Positions 9,979 through 18,221 of a stretch of 38,982 nucleotides of DNA are shown piece after piece. The position numbers were made by a program, and so were the translations under genes. The notes beneath the pieces were generated by a model, which saw only the letters and a program-made list of their open reading frames with translations, was not told where the DNA came from and ran no database searches. The DNA comes from Alistipes sp. (GTDB lineage Bacteria; Bacteroidota; Bacteroidia; Bacteroidales; Rikenellaceae). Location: NCBI GenBank assembly GCA_045654145.1, contig JAZOMS010000002.1:1-38982 (forward strand), written 5' to 3'. Numbering within the stretch: the stretch's first letter is position 1; each line of letters opens with the position of its first letter.

Positions 9979-11013
9979 ATGGATAAACTCTTCGACCCCA
10001 ATGGTGTGGGTGTGGCAAATGGCAATTATTACGGTCTGCCGTTCGATGCATCTGAGGCAGATCTGGTTCTGGTCGAGGCTCCGTGGGATGTAACCGTTTC
10101 GTATGGTGATGGTACGGCCGATGGTCCGGAGGCGATTCGTGAGGCCTCGACCCAGCTCGATCTCTACGATGCCGACTATCCCGATGCTTGGCGTCGAGGT
10201 ATTGCGGCTATGCAGCCCGATGAGTTGATGCGTGAGCAGAGCCGTGTGTGGCGTGCCGAGGCCAAACGTGTGATTGATGCGCTCGAAGCGGGTGAGGCGG
10301 ATGGTAGCACGAGCGATCTGCTCGCTGCGATTAATCGCGCTTGTGAGCAGATGAACGAGCAAGTCTATCAGAAGGTTGCACGCCTGATCGATCAGGGCAA
10401 GTTGGTCGGTCTGGTCGGTGGTGATCACTCGGCACCCTATGGTGCGGTGCGTGCTGTGGCGGAGCGCTACGATAGCTTTGGCGTGTTGCATTTCGATGCC
10501 CACCGCGACCTACGTGAGGCCTACGAGGGTTTCAACTACTCGCACGCCTCGATTATGTACAACCTGCTACGCGATGTGCCCCAGGTGGAGCGTCTGGTAC
10601 AGGTTGGCGTCCGTGATTTCTGCGATGCCGAGCAGGAGCTGGCCGATCGTGAGGAGCGTGTGGTGAGTTTCACCGATCGCGCGTTGAGCCACGCTCGCTA
10701 TGCCGGCAAGACGTGGGCGGAGCAGTGCTCGGAGATCGTCGAACAGCTGCCTCAGCAGGTCTATGTTAGCTTCGATATTGACGCCCTCGAAGTGCAATAT
10801 TGCCCCACGACCGGCACTCCTGTGGTGGGTGGTCTGTCGTTCAACGAGGCGGCCTACCTGATATGGCGTGTGGTGGAGAGCGGTCGCCGAATCATTGGTT
10901 TCGATCTGGTCGAGGTTGCCCCCTCGGAGGAGGGTCATATCGACGAGATGGTCGGTGCGCGAATGCTCTACAAACTGTGTTGTGCAACGCTTAAATCGCA
11001 GAATAATAGATAA
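9979..11013 (+). CDS. speB: Agmatinase (ureohydrolase family)
   Basis: GGDHS, LHFDAHRD, SFDIDAL, TGTPVVGG, DLVEV metal-ligand motifs; ATG at 9979. Confidence 0.82.
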   Translation: MDKLFDPNGVGVANGNYYGLPFDASEADLVLVEAPWDVTVSYGDGTADGPEAIREASTQLDLYDADYPDAWRRGIAAMQPDELMREQSRVWRAEAKRVIDALEAGEADGSTSDLLAAINRACEQMNEQVYQKVARLIDQGKLVGLVGGDHSAPYGAVRAVAERYDSFGVLHFDAHRDLREAYEGFNYSHASIMYNLLRDVPQVERLVQVGVRDFCDAEQELADREERVVSFTDRALSHARYAGKTWAEQCSEIVEQLPQQVYVSFDIDALEVQYCPTTGTPVVGGLSFNEAAYLIWRVVESGRRIIGFDLVEVAPSEEGHIDEMVGARMLYKLCCATLKSQNNR

Positions 11014-11032
11014 TCAGAAAAAGAGATAGAAG

Positions 11033-11725
11033 ATGAAAAAGATGACACTTCTTGCGGCACTTGTGGCGGCCGTGATTCTCAGCTCGTGCGGTTCGTCGGG
11101 TGGCAATCGCGCACTCAAAACCGAGGCCGACTCGCTGGCATACGTGATCGGTATGAATGTGGGTTATAACCTCAAATACAACACCGATTCGACGCTCGAC
11201 GTTGAGTTGTTGTGTGCCGCGATCCGCGACACCTACAACGGCACGTTGCAGATGGATATGGAGCAGGCGGGTGCGTTCTACCGTCAGTATCACAATGTGG
11301 TGAAACCGCGTCGCACCAAGGCCGAATCGGAGGAGTTTCTCTCGCGTGTGGAGCGTGAGAACTCGGAGGTGAAGCGCACCGAGAGCGGTCTGCTCTATCT
11401 GATCGAGGAGCAGGGCGATACGATTCGTGCGGTAAAGCCTGAGGATCAGGTGCGTATCCAATTCCGCGCCACGACCAAGGAGGGGCGTGAGTTCGAAACG
11501 ACATATGACGACAATCAAGCTGAGCAATTTGCACTCAATCAGGTGGTTGAGGGTCTTGGCGAAGGCTTGCAGATGGTCGGACAGGGTGGCAAAATCAAGC
11601 TATGGATGCCCGCGACGTTGGGTTATGGTGCGACGGGCAACCGTAAGATCGGAGCCAATGAGGCACTCTGTTTCGAGGTTGAGGTTGTCGAGGTTATTCC
11701 TGCCGAGGAGGATAAGGAGGAGTAA
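11033..11725 (+). CDS. FKBP-type PPIase-like lipoprotein (FkpA/Mip type) with a degenerate active site
   Basis: Lipobox LSSC, DSLAYVIG, TESGLLY, LGYG, IGANEALCFEVEV. Confidence 0.85.
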   Translation: MKKMTLLAALVAAVILSSCGSSGGNRALKTEADSLAYVIGMNVGYNLKYNTDSTLDVELLCAAIRDTYNGTLQMDMEQAGAFYRQYHNVVKPRRTKAESEEFLSRVERENSEVKRTESGLLYLIEEQGDTIRAVKPEDQVRIQFRATTKEGREFETTYDDNQAEQFALNQVVEGLGEGLQMVGQGGKIKLWMPATLGYGATGNRKIGANEALCFEVEVVEVIPAEEDKEE

Positions 11726-11784
11726 AATCGCGTAAAAAACTGCAAGTTGTTGGGTAAAAGTGATTCATTCTCACAAAAAAACAC

Positions 11785-11792
11785 TACATTTG
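11785..11792 (+). promoter_or_regulatory. Bacteroidota -7 promoter element for the second FKBP
   Basis: TACATTTG in an AT-rich intergenic region. Confidence 0.55.
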
Positions 11793-11846
11793 CCCTCTCA
11801 AAACTAACAGAATAGAACGAAACTAATTAAACAGAATAAAGCAATT

Positions 11847-12782
11847 ATGAAGAAAATTTTGGTTATCATCGCCACCGCAGCTGCAATGCTGATGGTTTCG
11901 TGCTCGTCGAAGGAGTCGTCGATCACCGTAGGCGGTTCGAGCGAGCTGGACTCGCTGTCGTATGCGTTGGGTTCGAACATCGCATATATGATTAAGTATA
12001 ACCTTGGCGATCTGGACGTTAACTACGACAAGATCACTAAGGGTATCGAGGATTTCGCTCGTGGCAAGAACTCGTTCACTCCTGAGCAGGCTGGCGAGAT
12101 TTTGCAGAGCTACTTTATGGCTCCGCGCGATAGCGTAGCATTCCGTTCGGAGGCTCACCGCGACTCGATCTCGTATGCTCTGGGCGTAGATCAGGGTAAC
12201 GGTATGGACGCTGCACGTGTTCCGGCTCAGACCAAGTGGATCAACAAGGCATTCGCTGACGTGAAGGCTGACCACAGCGCATTTGGCGAGGGTCAGGACG
12301 CTGAGCGCACCACTATGCGCGTAATGCAGAACTGGTTTATGGTTGAGGCTCCTAAGATGTTCTTGAAGGAGTCGGAGGATTTCTTGGCTAATATCGAGAA
12401 GGACAAGAAGTGGCAGAAGACCGAGAGCGGTCTGCTCTATCAGATCGTTGAGGAGGGTGACGCTGAGGTTCGCGCTACCAAGATCACCGATAAGGTTAAG
12501 GTTCACTACAAGGGTCTGAATATGAAGGGCGAGCAGTTCGACTCGTCGTACGATCGTGGCGAGCCCGCTGAGTTCCCCCTGAACGCTGTTATCAAGGGCT
12601 GGGGCGAAGGCGTTATGCTGATCGGTCAGGGTGGTAAGATCAAGATGTGGTTGCACCCCGACTTGGCTTACGGTCCTCAGGCGATGAGCGAGCAGATCGG
12701 TCCCAACTCGGCTCTCTATTTCGAGGTTGAGTTGCTGGAGGTTATGCCCGACATCGAGGTTGAGGAGGCTGCTGAGGAGTAA
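11847..12782 (+). CDS. FKBP-type peptidyl-prolyl cis-trans isomerase lipoprotein with a duplicated FKBP_N domain
   Basis: Lipobox MVSC, DSLSYALG and DSISYALG, VKVHYKG, FDSSYDRG, VIKGWGEG, LAYG. Confidence 0.93.
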   Translation: MKKILVIIATAAAMLMVSCSSKESSITVGGSSELDSLSYALGSNIAYMIKYNLGDLDVNYDKITKGIEDFARGKNSFTPEQAGEILQSYFMAPRDSVAFRSEAHRDSISYALGVDQGNGMDAARVPAQTKWINKAFADVKADHSAFGEGQDAERTTMRVMQNWFMVEAPKMFLKESEDFLANIEKDKKWQKTESGLLYQIVEEGDAEVRATKITDKVKVHYKGLNMKGEQFDSSYDRGEPAEFPLNAVIKGWGEGVMLIGQGGKIKMWLHPDLAYGPQAMSEQIGPNSALYFEVELLEVMPDIEVEEAAEE

Positions 12783-12807
12783 TCTCACTCAGTGCTGACA
12801 ATATGGT

Positions 12808-12842
12808 GGTCGCAACCCCTTGCGGGGTGCGACCTTTTTTTT
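12808..12842 (+). terminator. Intrinsic terminator after the FKBP genes
   Basis: GGTCGCA-A-CCCC ttgc GGGG-TGCGACC followed by T8. Confidence 0.85.
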
Positions 12843-12880
12843 GTTATCAAAATTCAACGTTTTTTTGATTTTTGAGTAAA

Positions 12881-12926
12881 AATTGTGAATTGTGAATTGT
12901 GAATTGTGAATTGTGAATTGTGAATT
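12881..12926. repeat. Heptamer tandem repeat (AATTGTG)x6 + AATT
   Basis: Six perfect copies read directly, just upstream of the -7 element TATTTTTG at 12933-12940. Confidence 0.97.
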
Positions 12927-12969
12927 TTTCACTATTTTTGTAAAAAGTAAAACCAAAATAGTAAAAACG

Positions 12970-14247
12970 ATGAAACGCATTACGATGATTCTGTGTTCGT
13001 TGCTTGCGGTAGCTTGTGCGGGCAACCAACCCACAACCGAACAGACGACCGATGCAGCGGTACATTGCCGCATCGAGGGTAAGGTTCATAACCGCCCCGA
13101 TTCGGATATGTTGTTGCTCTATGTCGGTATCGATGGGAACGTTGCGATGTCGTCCAAGCCACACGCCGAGATCGAGATTCGTGGGGGAGAGTTTTCGTGC
13201 GATCTATATATCGACGAGCCACAATATTGTGAGTTGGTCTTTGCCGATGAGCTGGCAGTGGGTGCGTGGCGCGCAATCGACTTTATAGCCGACAACTGCA
13301 CGGTGAAGTTTGATCTCTATCCCGAAGATGAGTTCTTGAAAACCAAGATCGAGGGCGTAGGTGCAACAGCTGAATATCAATCGTATAAACTCCAACTGCG
13401 AGCTTTGCAGGAGCAAGCTCAGACGGAGTCGGACAAGCTACGCGACCAAAGCCGTTACAACACCAAAGAGTACGACGCTTTAATCGCCGAGATCGAGGCT
13501 ATCGAGGGTAATACGCCCGAGCGCACGGCTCTGATCGAGCAGTTGCAGGCGATGACCGACGAGGAGCAATACACGCCCGAGGCAATCGCACTGCGCAATC
13601 GCAACAAGACAGAGCATAAGGCAACGTTGCTCTCGATTGTCGAGGGTGAGATGTCGTTGGCACGCTTGGCGTTGCTGGCTCGTCAAATGGTGTATAGTCT
13701 GCCCGATCAGGAGTTTATCGATGTCTTTGAGCAGGTCTATGCTATCGAGATGCCTGAAAATCCGATGTCGCAATTCTGCCGTCGTCAGATCGACGGTCTG
13801 AGCTTGCAAGTGGGCAATCACTATGTTGATTTCGAGGCTCCCGACCTTGATGGGCAGATGCACCGTCTGTCGGAGATGGTCGAGGGGGCGAAGATCGTGC
13901 TGCTCGACCTGTGGGCGTCGTGGTGTGGTCCGTGCCGTCGCGCGTCGATGGAGATGATCCCGCTCTACGAAAAGTATAAGAATCAGGGCTTTGCGGTGGT
14001 GGCAATTGCCCGCGAGAGCGAATCGACTGAGGCGATGGAGGCTGCAATTAGCAAGGATGGCTACACGTGGCCGCAGTTGGTCGAGCTGGACGACCGCGCA
14101 AATATCTGGTCGCAATATGGTTGTGTCAACGCCGCAGGTCGTCGAATTTTGTTCAATGCCGAGGGCGAAATATTAGCTTTCGATCCGACGATTGAGCAAT
14201 TGACGGCTGAGGTCGAGAGGGTGTTGGGTGCGCCAAAAGCAGAGTAA
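12970..14247 (+). CDS. TlpA/ResA-family thioredoxin-like lipoprotein (AhpC/TSA domain at the C-terminus)
   Basis: Lipobox AVAC; DFEAPDLDG, LLDLWASWCGPCR; ATG at 12970. Confidence 0.9.
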   Translation: MKRITMILCSLLAVACAGNQPTTEQTTDAAVHCRIEGKVHNRPDSDMLLLYVGIDGNVAMSSKPHAEIEIRGGEFSCDLYIDEPQYCELVFADELAVGAWRAIDFIADNCTVKFDLYPEDEFLKTKIEGVGATAEYQSYKLQLRALQEQAQTESDKLRDQSRYNTKEYDALIAEIEAIEGNTPERTALIEQLQAMTDEEQYTPEAIALRNRNKTEHKATLLSIVEGEMSLARLALLARQMVYSLPDQEFIDVFEQVYAIEMPENPMSQFCRRQIDGLSLQVGNHYVDFEAPDLDGQMHRLSEMVEGAKIVLLDLWASWCGPCRRASMEMIPLYEKYKNQGFAVVAIARESESTEAMEAAISKDGYTWPQLVELDDRANIWSQYGCVNAAGRRILFNAEGEILAFDPTIEQLTAEVERVLGAPKAE

Positions 14248-14272
14248 AATCGATCGCTAAACCATAAAAACG

Positions 14273-14312
14273 GACAAAATCTCGCACTCCACGGTGCGGG
14301 ATTTTGTTTTTT
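14273..14312 (+). terminator. Intrinsic terminator after the TlpA gene
   Basis: ACAAAATCTCGCAC...GTGCGGGATTTTGT hairpin plus T-run. Confidence 0.75.
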
Positions 14313-14375
14313 CGAGCAAAATGCGTACTTTTATGGATTAATTTCAACCGTTTTATAAAATTTATTCAAAGAGTT

Positions 14376-15848
14376 ATGAAAGCAAAGTTGATGCTTTACA
14401 ACACTCTTTCGCGCAAGAAAGAGGAGTTCACACCCTACAACCCGCCATTTGTAGGGTTGTACGTCTGTGGCCCCACCGTATATGGCGATCCGCATTTGGG
14501 ACACGCCCGTCCCGCAATCACCTTCGATCTGTTGTTCCGCTATCTGAAATCGGAGGGCTACAAGGTGCGTTACGTGCGTAACATCACCGATGTAGGCCAC
14601 CTCGAACACGATGCCGACGAGGGTGAGGATAAGATCTCTAAAAAGGCTCGTTTGGAGCAGCTCGAACCGATGGAAGTGGCTCAGTTCTACACCGATCGCT
14701 ATCACGACGCTATGCGCGAGTTGGGCGTACTGCCCCCCTCGATCGAGCCGCACGCCTCGGGTCATATCATCGAGCAGATCGAGTATGTGAAGAGGATACT
14801 CGACAAGGGTCTGGCATACATCAGCAATGGCTCGGTCTATTTCGACGTCGAGGCGTACAACGCCAAGTACAACTACGGCAAGCTGTCGGGTCGCAACCTC
14901 GACGATATCAAGGCTAACACCCGCGAGCTGGACGGTCAGAGCGACAAGCGCAACTCGTTCGATTTCGCGCTGTGGAAGAAGGCGTCGCCTGAGCATATTA
15001 TGCGTTGGCCCTCGCCGTGGAGCGATGGTTTCCCCGGCTGGCATATGGAGTGCTCGGCAATGAGTGCCAAGTACTTGGGTGAGCAGTTCGATATTCACGG
15101 CGGTGGTATGGACCTGATGTTCCCCCACCACGAGTGCGAGATTGCGCAGTCGACCGCAGCGTGCGGACACGACTCGGCTCGCTATTGGGTGCATAACAAT
15201 ATGATCACGATCAATGGTCAGAAGATGGGTAAGTCGCTGGGCAACTTCATCACCTTGGAGGAGTTGTTCACGGGCAACCACAAGCTGCTCGAACAGGCAT
15301 ACTCGCCGATGACGATCCGTTTCTTCATCTTGCAGGCGCAGTATCGCTCGACGCTCGACTTCTCGAACGAGGCTTTGAAGGCTGCCGAGAAGGGTATGGA
15401 CCGACTGATGAAGGCGGTTGAGACACTCTCGAAGGTTAAGCCGTCGGCTACATCAACTGTCGATCCGAGCGATTTGGAGCGTCGTTGCTCGGAGGCTATG
15501 GCGGACGATCTGAATTCGCCGATGGTTATCTCGGCACTGTTCGATTGGGTGCGCACGATCAACCAATTGGCTGAGGGTCAGCAGACTATCTCGGCTGAGG
15601 ATTTGGAGACGTTGCGTGCGATCGTCAAGCGTTACGTATTCGATATTTTGGGTTTGCGCGACGAGAAGTCGGCAGGTGCGTCGGGCAACGATATGGTCTC
15701 GCCGCTGGTTGAGATGTTGCTCGAAATGCGTCAGCAGGCTAAGGCTGAGAAGAATTGGGCTCTGTCGGATCAGATTCGTAACCGCCTGACCGAGATCGGT
15801 ATCCGCGTCAAGGACCGCAAGGACGGCTACGATTGGGAGATCGAGTAA
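14376..15848 (+). CDS. cysS: Cysteine--tRNA ligase
   Basis: [46 protein letters not shown]; ATG at 14376. Confidence 0.97.
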   Translation: MKAKLMLYNTLSRKKEEFTPYNPPFVGLYVCGPTVYGDPHLGHARPAITFDLLFRYLKSEGYKVRYVRNITDVGHLEHDADEGEDKISKKARLEQLEPMEVAQFYTDRYHDAMRELGVLPPSIEPHASGHIIEQIEYVKRILDKGLAYISNGSVYFDVEAYNAKYNYGKLSGRNLDDIKANTRELDGQSDKRNSFDFALWKKASPEHIMRWPSPWSDGFPGWHMECSAMSAKYLGEQFDIHGGGMDLMFPHHECEIAQSTAACGHDSARYWVHNNMITINGQKMGKSLGNFITLEELFTGNHKLLEQAYSPMTIRFFILQAQYRSTLDFSNEALKAAEKGMDRLMKAVETLSKVKPSATSTVDPSDLERRCSEAMADDLNSPMVISALFDWVRTINQLAEGQQTISAEDLETLRAIVKRYVFDILGLRDEKSAGASGNDMVSPLVEMLLEMRQQAKAEKNWALSDQIRNRLTEIGIRVKDRKDGYDWEIE

Positions 15849-15879
15849 CGAGTTGAACAATGCCAAATTAGACAAAGCA

Positions 15880-16047
15880 ATGAGTGAGAAAAAACGCGAG
15901 CAGGGCACGGGTCTTGCGATTGGATTGGCATTAGGTCTCTGCTATGGTCTCATTTTCGACAATCTCGCCATTGGTCTTTGTATTGGTGTGGCATTGGGCG
16001 CAGGTATGGACAGCTACAATAAACGCAAAAACAATAAGGAGCAGTAA
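15880..16047 (+). CDS. Small glycine-zipper membrane protein (about 55 aa)
   Basis: MSEKKREQGTGLAIGLALGLCYGLIFDNLAIGLCIGVALGAG...; two GxxxG helices, basic tail, fills the cysS-prfB gap. Confidence 0.7.
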   Translation: MSEKKREQGTGLAIGLALGLCYGLIFDNLAIGLCIGVALGAGMDSYNKRKNNKEQ

Positions 16048-16052
16048 CCCTG

Positions 16053-17165
16053 ATGGTTAGCGACGAACAAATACGCGAACTTGTGGAGCGATTGGCGACG
16101 CTCGGTCGATGTCTGAACATCGAGCAGCGCCGTATCGACCTTGCGAACGAGGAGGAGAAGACCCAAGAGCCAAACTTTTGGGACGACCCCGATCGTGCGC
16201 AGGAGCAACTGCGCAAGGTGTCGTCGATCAAGAGTTGGATCGAGGAGTACGACACGCTGGCGGGCGTGGTTGGTGATGGGGAGCTTGTGCCCGATTTTCT
16301 GCGCGTGGGCGTGATGGAGGAGGCTGAGGCCGACGCTCTCTACGCCGATGCGATGGAGAAGACCGAGTCGCTCGAATTGCGCAATATGCTCCAAGGTGAG
16401 GAGGATAAGATGGGCGCCATTATGGATATCAATGCAGGTGCGGGTGGCACCGAGGCGTTGGATTGGGCGTCAATGTTGTTGCGTATGTATACCCGCTGGG
16501 GCGAGGCGCACGGCTACAAAGTGCGTATTCAGGACTATCAGGCGGGCGACGAGGTGGGCGTCAAATCGTGTACATTGGAGTTCGATGGTCCGATGGCGTA
16601 TGGCTACTTGAAGAGTGAGAATGGAGTTCATCGTATGGTGCGCCTCTCGCCATTCAATGCCAACAACAAGCGCCAGACAACCTTTGCATCGGTCTTTGTG
16701 TCGCCGGCAGTCGATGACACGATTGAGATCACCATCGAGAAGAGCCGCCTCTCGTGGGATACCTTCCGCAGTAGTGGCGCGGGTGGGCAGAACGTCAATA
16801 AGGTCGAGTCGGGTGTGCGTCTGCGCTACCTCTACAAAGACCCCGATACGGGTGTCGAGGAGGAGATTCTGATCGAGAATACCGAAACCCGCGACCAGCC
16901 TAAGAACCGCGAGAATGCTCTGCGAATCCTCCGTTCGAAGCTCTATCAGCGCGAGTTGGATCGCCGTATGGCTACCCAGCAGGCGTTGGAGGCGACCAAG
17001 AAACGTATTGAGTGGGGTTCGCAGATTCGATCGTATGTGTTTGATGATAGACGAGTTAAGGACCACCGTACGGGTTGCCAAACCTCGAATGTCGAGGCAG
17101 TGATGGATGGTGAGATTGACCAATTCATCAAGTCGTTCCTGATGCAGTTTGGTGCTGAGGTGTAG
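16053..17165 (+). CDS. prfB: Peptide chain release factor 2, single uninterrupted ORF
   Basis: GAGGTEA, RLSPF (SPF motif), SSGAGGQNVNK, IEWGSQIRSYV. Confidence 0.96.
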   Translation: MVSDEQIRELVERLATLGRCLNIEQRRIDLANEEEKTQEPNFWDDPDRAQEQLRKVSSIKSWIEEYDTLAGVVGDGELVPDFLRVGVMEEAEADALYADAMEKTESLELRNMLQGEEDKMGAIMDINAGAGGTEALDWASMLLRMYTRWGEAHGYKVRIQDYQAGDEVGVKSCTLEFDGPMAYGYLKSENGVHRMVRLSPFNANNKRQTTFASVFVSPAVDDTIEITIEKSRLSWDTFRSSGAGGQNVNKVESGVRLRYLYKDPDTGVEEEILIENTETRDQPKNRENALRILRSKLYQRELDRRMATQQALEATKKRIEWGSQIRSYVFDDRRVKDHRTGCQTSNVEAVMDGEIDQFIKSFLMQFGAEV

Positions 17166-17192
17166 GCTCTCTTCGAAGTCAAGATAACAACT

Positions 17193-17230
17193 AAGCCGCG
17201 CTCTCCACAGGAGGGTGCGGCTTTACTTTT
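17193..17230 (+). terminator. Hairpin between convergent prfB and queG, likely terminator
   Basis: AAGCCGCGCTCTCC aca GGAGGGTGCGGCTT (G-U pairs on plus) followed by TACTTTT. Confidence 0.7.
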
Positions 17231-18134
17231 GGATCGCAGCGATGATTCGCTCCAATCCGCTGCGAGATAGGGGAGTGCGACCAAAGCGGAAGGAGAACTC
17301 CTCCTCGCTCATCGAGCACCAATCGACCTCGCTCATCGAGCGTGGATCGAATGTCGGAGCTATGGCTGGGAGTGTTGCCAGCGGTTTCGAATGGTTGTAT
17401 GGACAGACATTCTGGCACTCCTCGCATCCGAATGCCCAACCGTGCAGACCACAACCATTGGGCATAGCAGTCTCGCGTTCAATGGTTAGGCGCGAAATGC
17501 AACGGCGTGAGTCGATTGTGTGATTGTCCGACACGGCTCGATTAGGGCAGGCCTCAATGCAGCGTCGGCATTCGCCACAACCGTTTCCTGCGTAGGGCTC
17601 GTCATAGCTGTCCACCTCATCGCATACGACCAGCGCTCCGAGAAGCACCGTCGAGCCATATTCGCGCGTAATGAGCAACGATTGCCGTCCGATCCAGCCT
17701 AAGCCAGCCTCGTCAGCCCAGGCCTTTTCGGCCAGCGGTGCCGAATCGACAAAGGCACGCCCCGCAAGCGACGGATTGACCTCGCGCAGACGAGCTAACA
17801 TCGTGAGTAACATCTGCTTAATTGTCGAATGGTAGTCGGTGGTGCAGGCGTACGAGGCCACCTTGCAGCGGGCGTCAGTCGCATAGCCATTGGTGATCGG
17901 GTTGCGATAGTTCAAGGCGCAAATGACCACCGTCTGCGCACCCTCGACCAACAGCGCAGGATCGAAGCGCTTGTCGATGTTGCGAGCGAGATAGTCCAGC
18001 CCATCGCCATTGCCTTGTGCGATCCACTCCTCGAAGCGAGTGCGCAAAACCTCTAAGGATCTGCATTTTACTACCCCACAAAGCGAGAACCCAACATCGT
18101 GGGCAACAGCGTGTATGTGCTTTCTGTTCAGCAT
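17223..18134 (-). CDS. queG: tRNA epoxyqueuosine(34) reductase
   Basis: DYH, FVDSAPLAEK, AGLGWIGR, CGECRRCIEACP, CISRLTIE, FGCEECQNVCPYN; ATG at 18134. Confidence 0.92.
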   Translation of the reverse strand: MLNRKHIHAVAHDVGFSLCGVVKCRSLEVLRTRFEEWIAQGNGDGLDYLARNIDKRFDPALLVEGAQTVVICALNYRNPITNGYATDARCKVASYACTTDYHSTIKQMLLTMLARLREVNPSLAGRAFVDSAPLAEKAWADEAGLGWIGRQSLLITREYGSTVLLGALVVCDEVDSYDEPYAGNGCGECRRCIEACPNRAVSDNHTIDSRRCISRLTIERETAMPNGCGLHGWAFGCEECQNVCPYNHSKPLATLPAIAPTFDPRSMSEVDWCSMSEEEFSFRFGRTPLSRSGLERIIAAIQK

Positions 18135-18151
18135 ATAGGCAATTTTCACTG

Positions 18152-18189
18152 CAAAATTATGCATTAAATAATAAAAAATAGTACCTTTG
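18152..18189. promoter_or_regulatory. Divergent -7 elements for queG (-) and the acyl-CoA ligase (+)
   Basis: TAATTTTG on minus (18152-18159) and TACCTTTG on plus (18182-18189). Confidence 0.65.
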
Positions 18190-18221
18190 TGTTTTAATTC
18201 CCGTATTAAAGTTGAAAAAAT

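Noticed and set aside
12881-12926. CRISPR array or coding repeat (SQFTIHN ORF 12789-13073)
   Set aside because: 7-nt units with no spacers and no cas genes; the ORF is a by-product of the repeat
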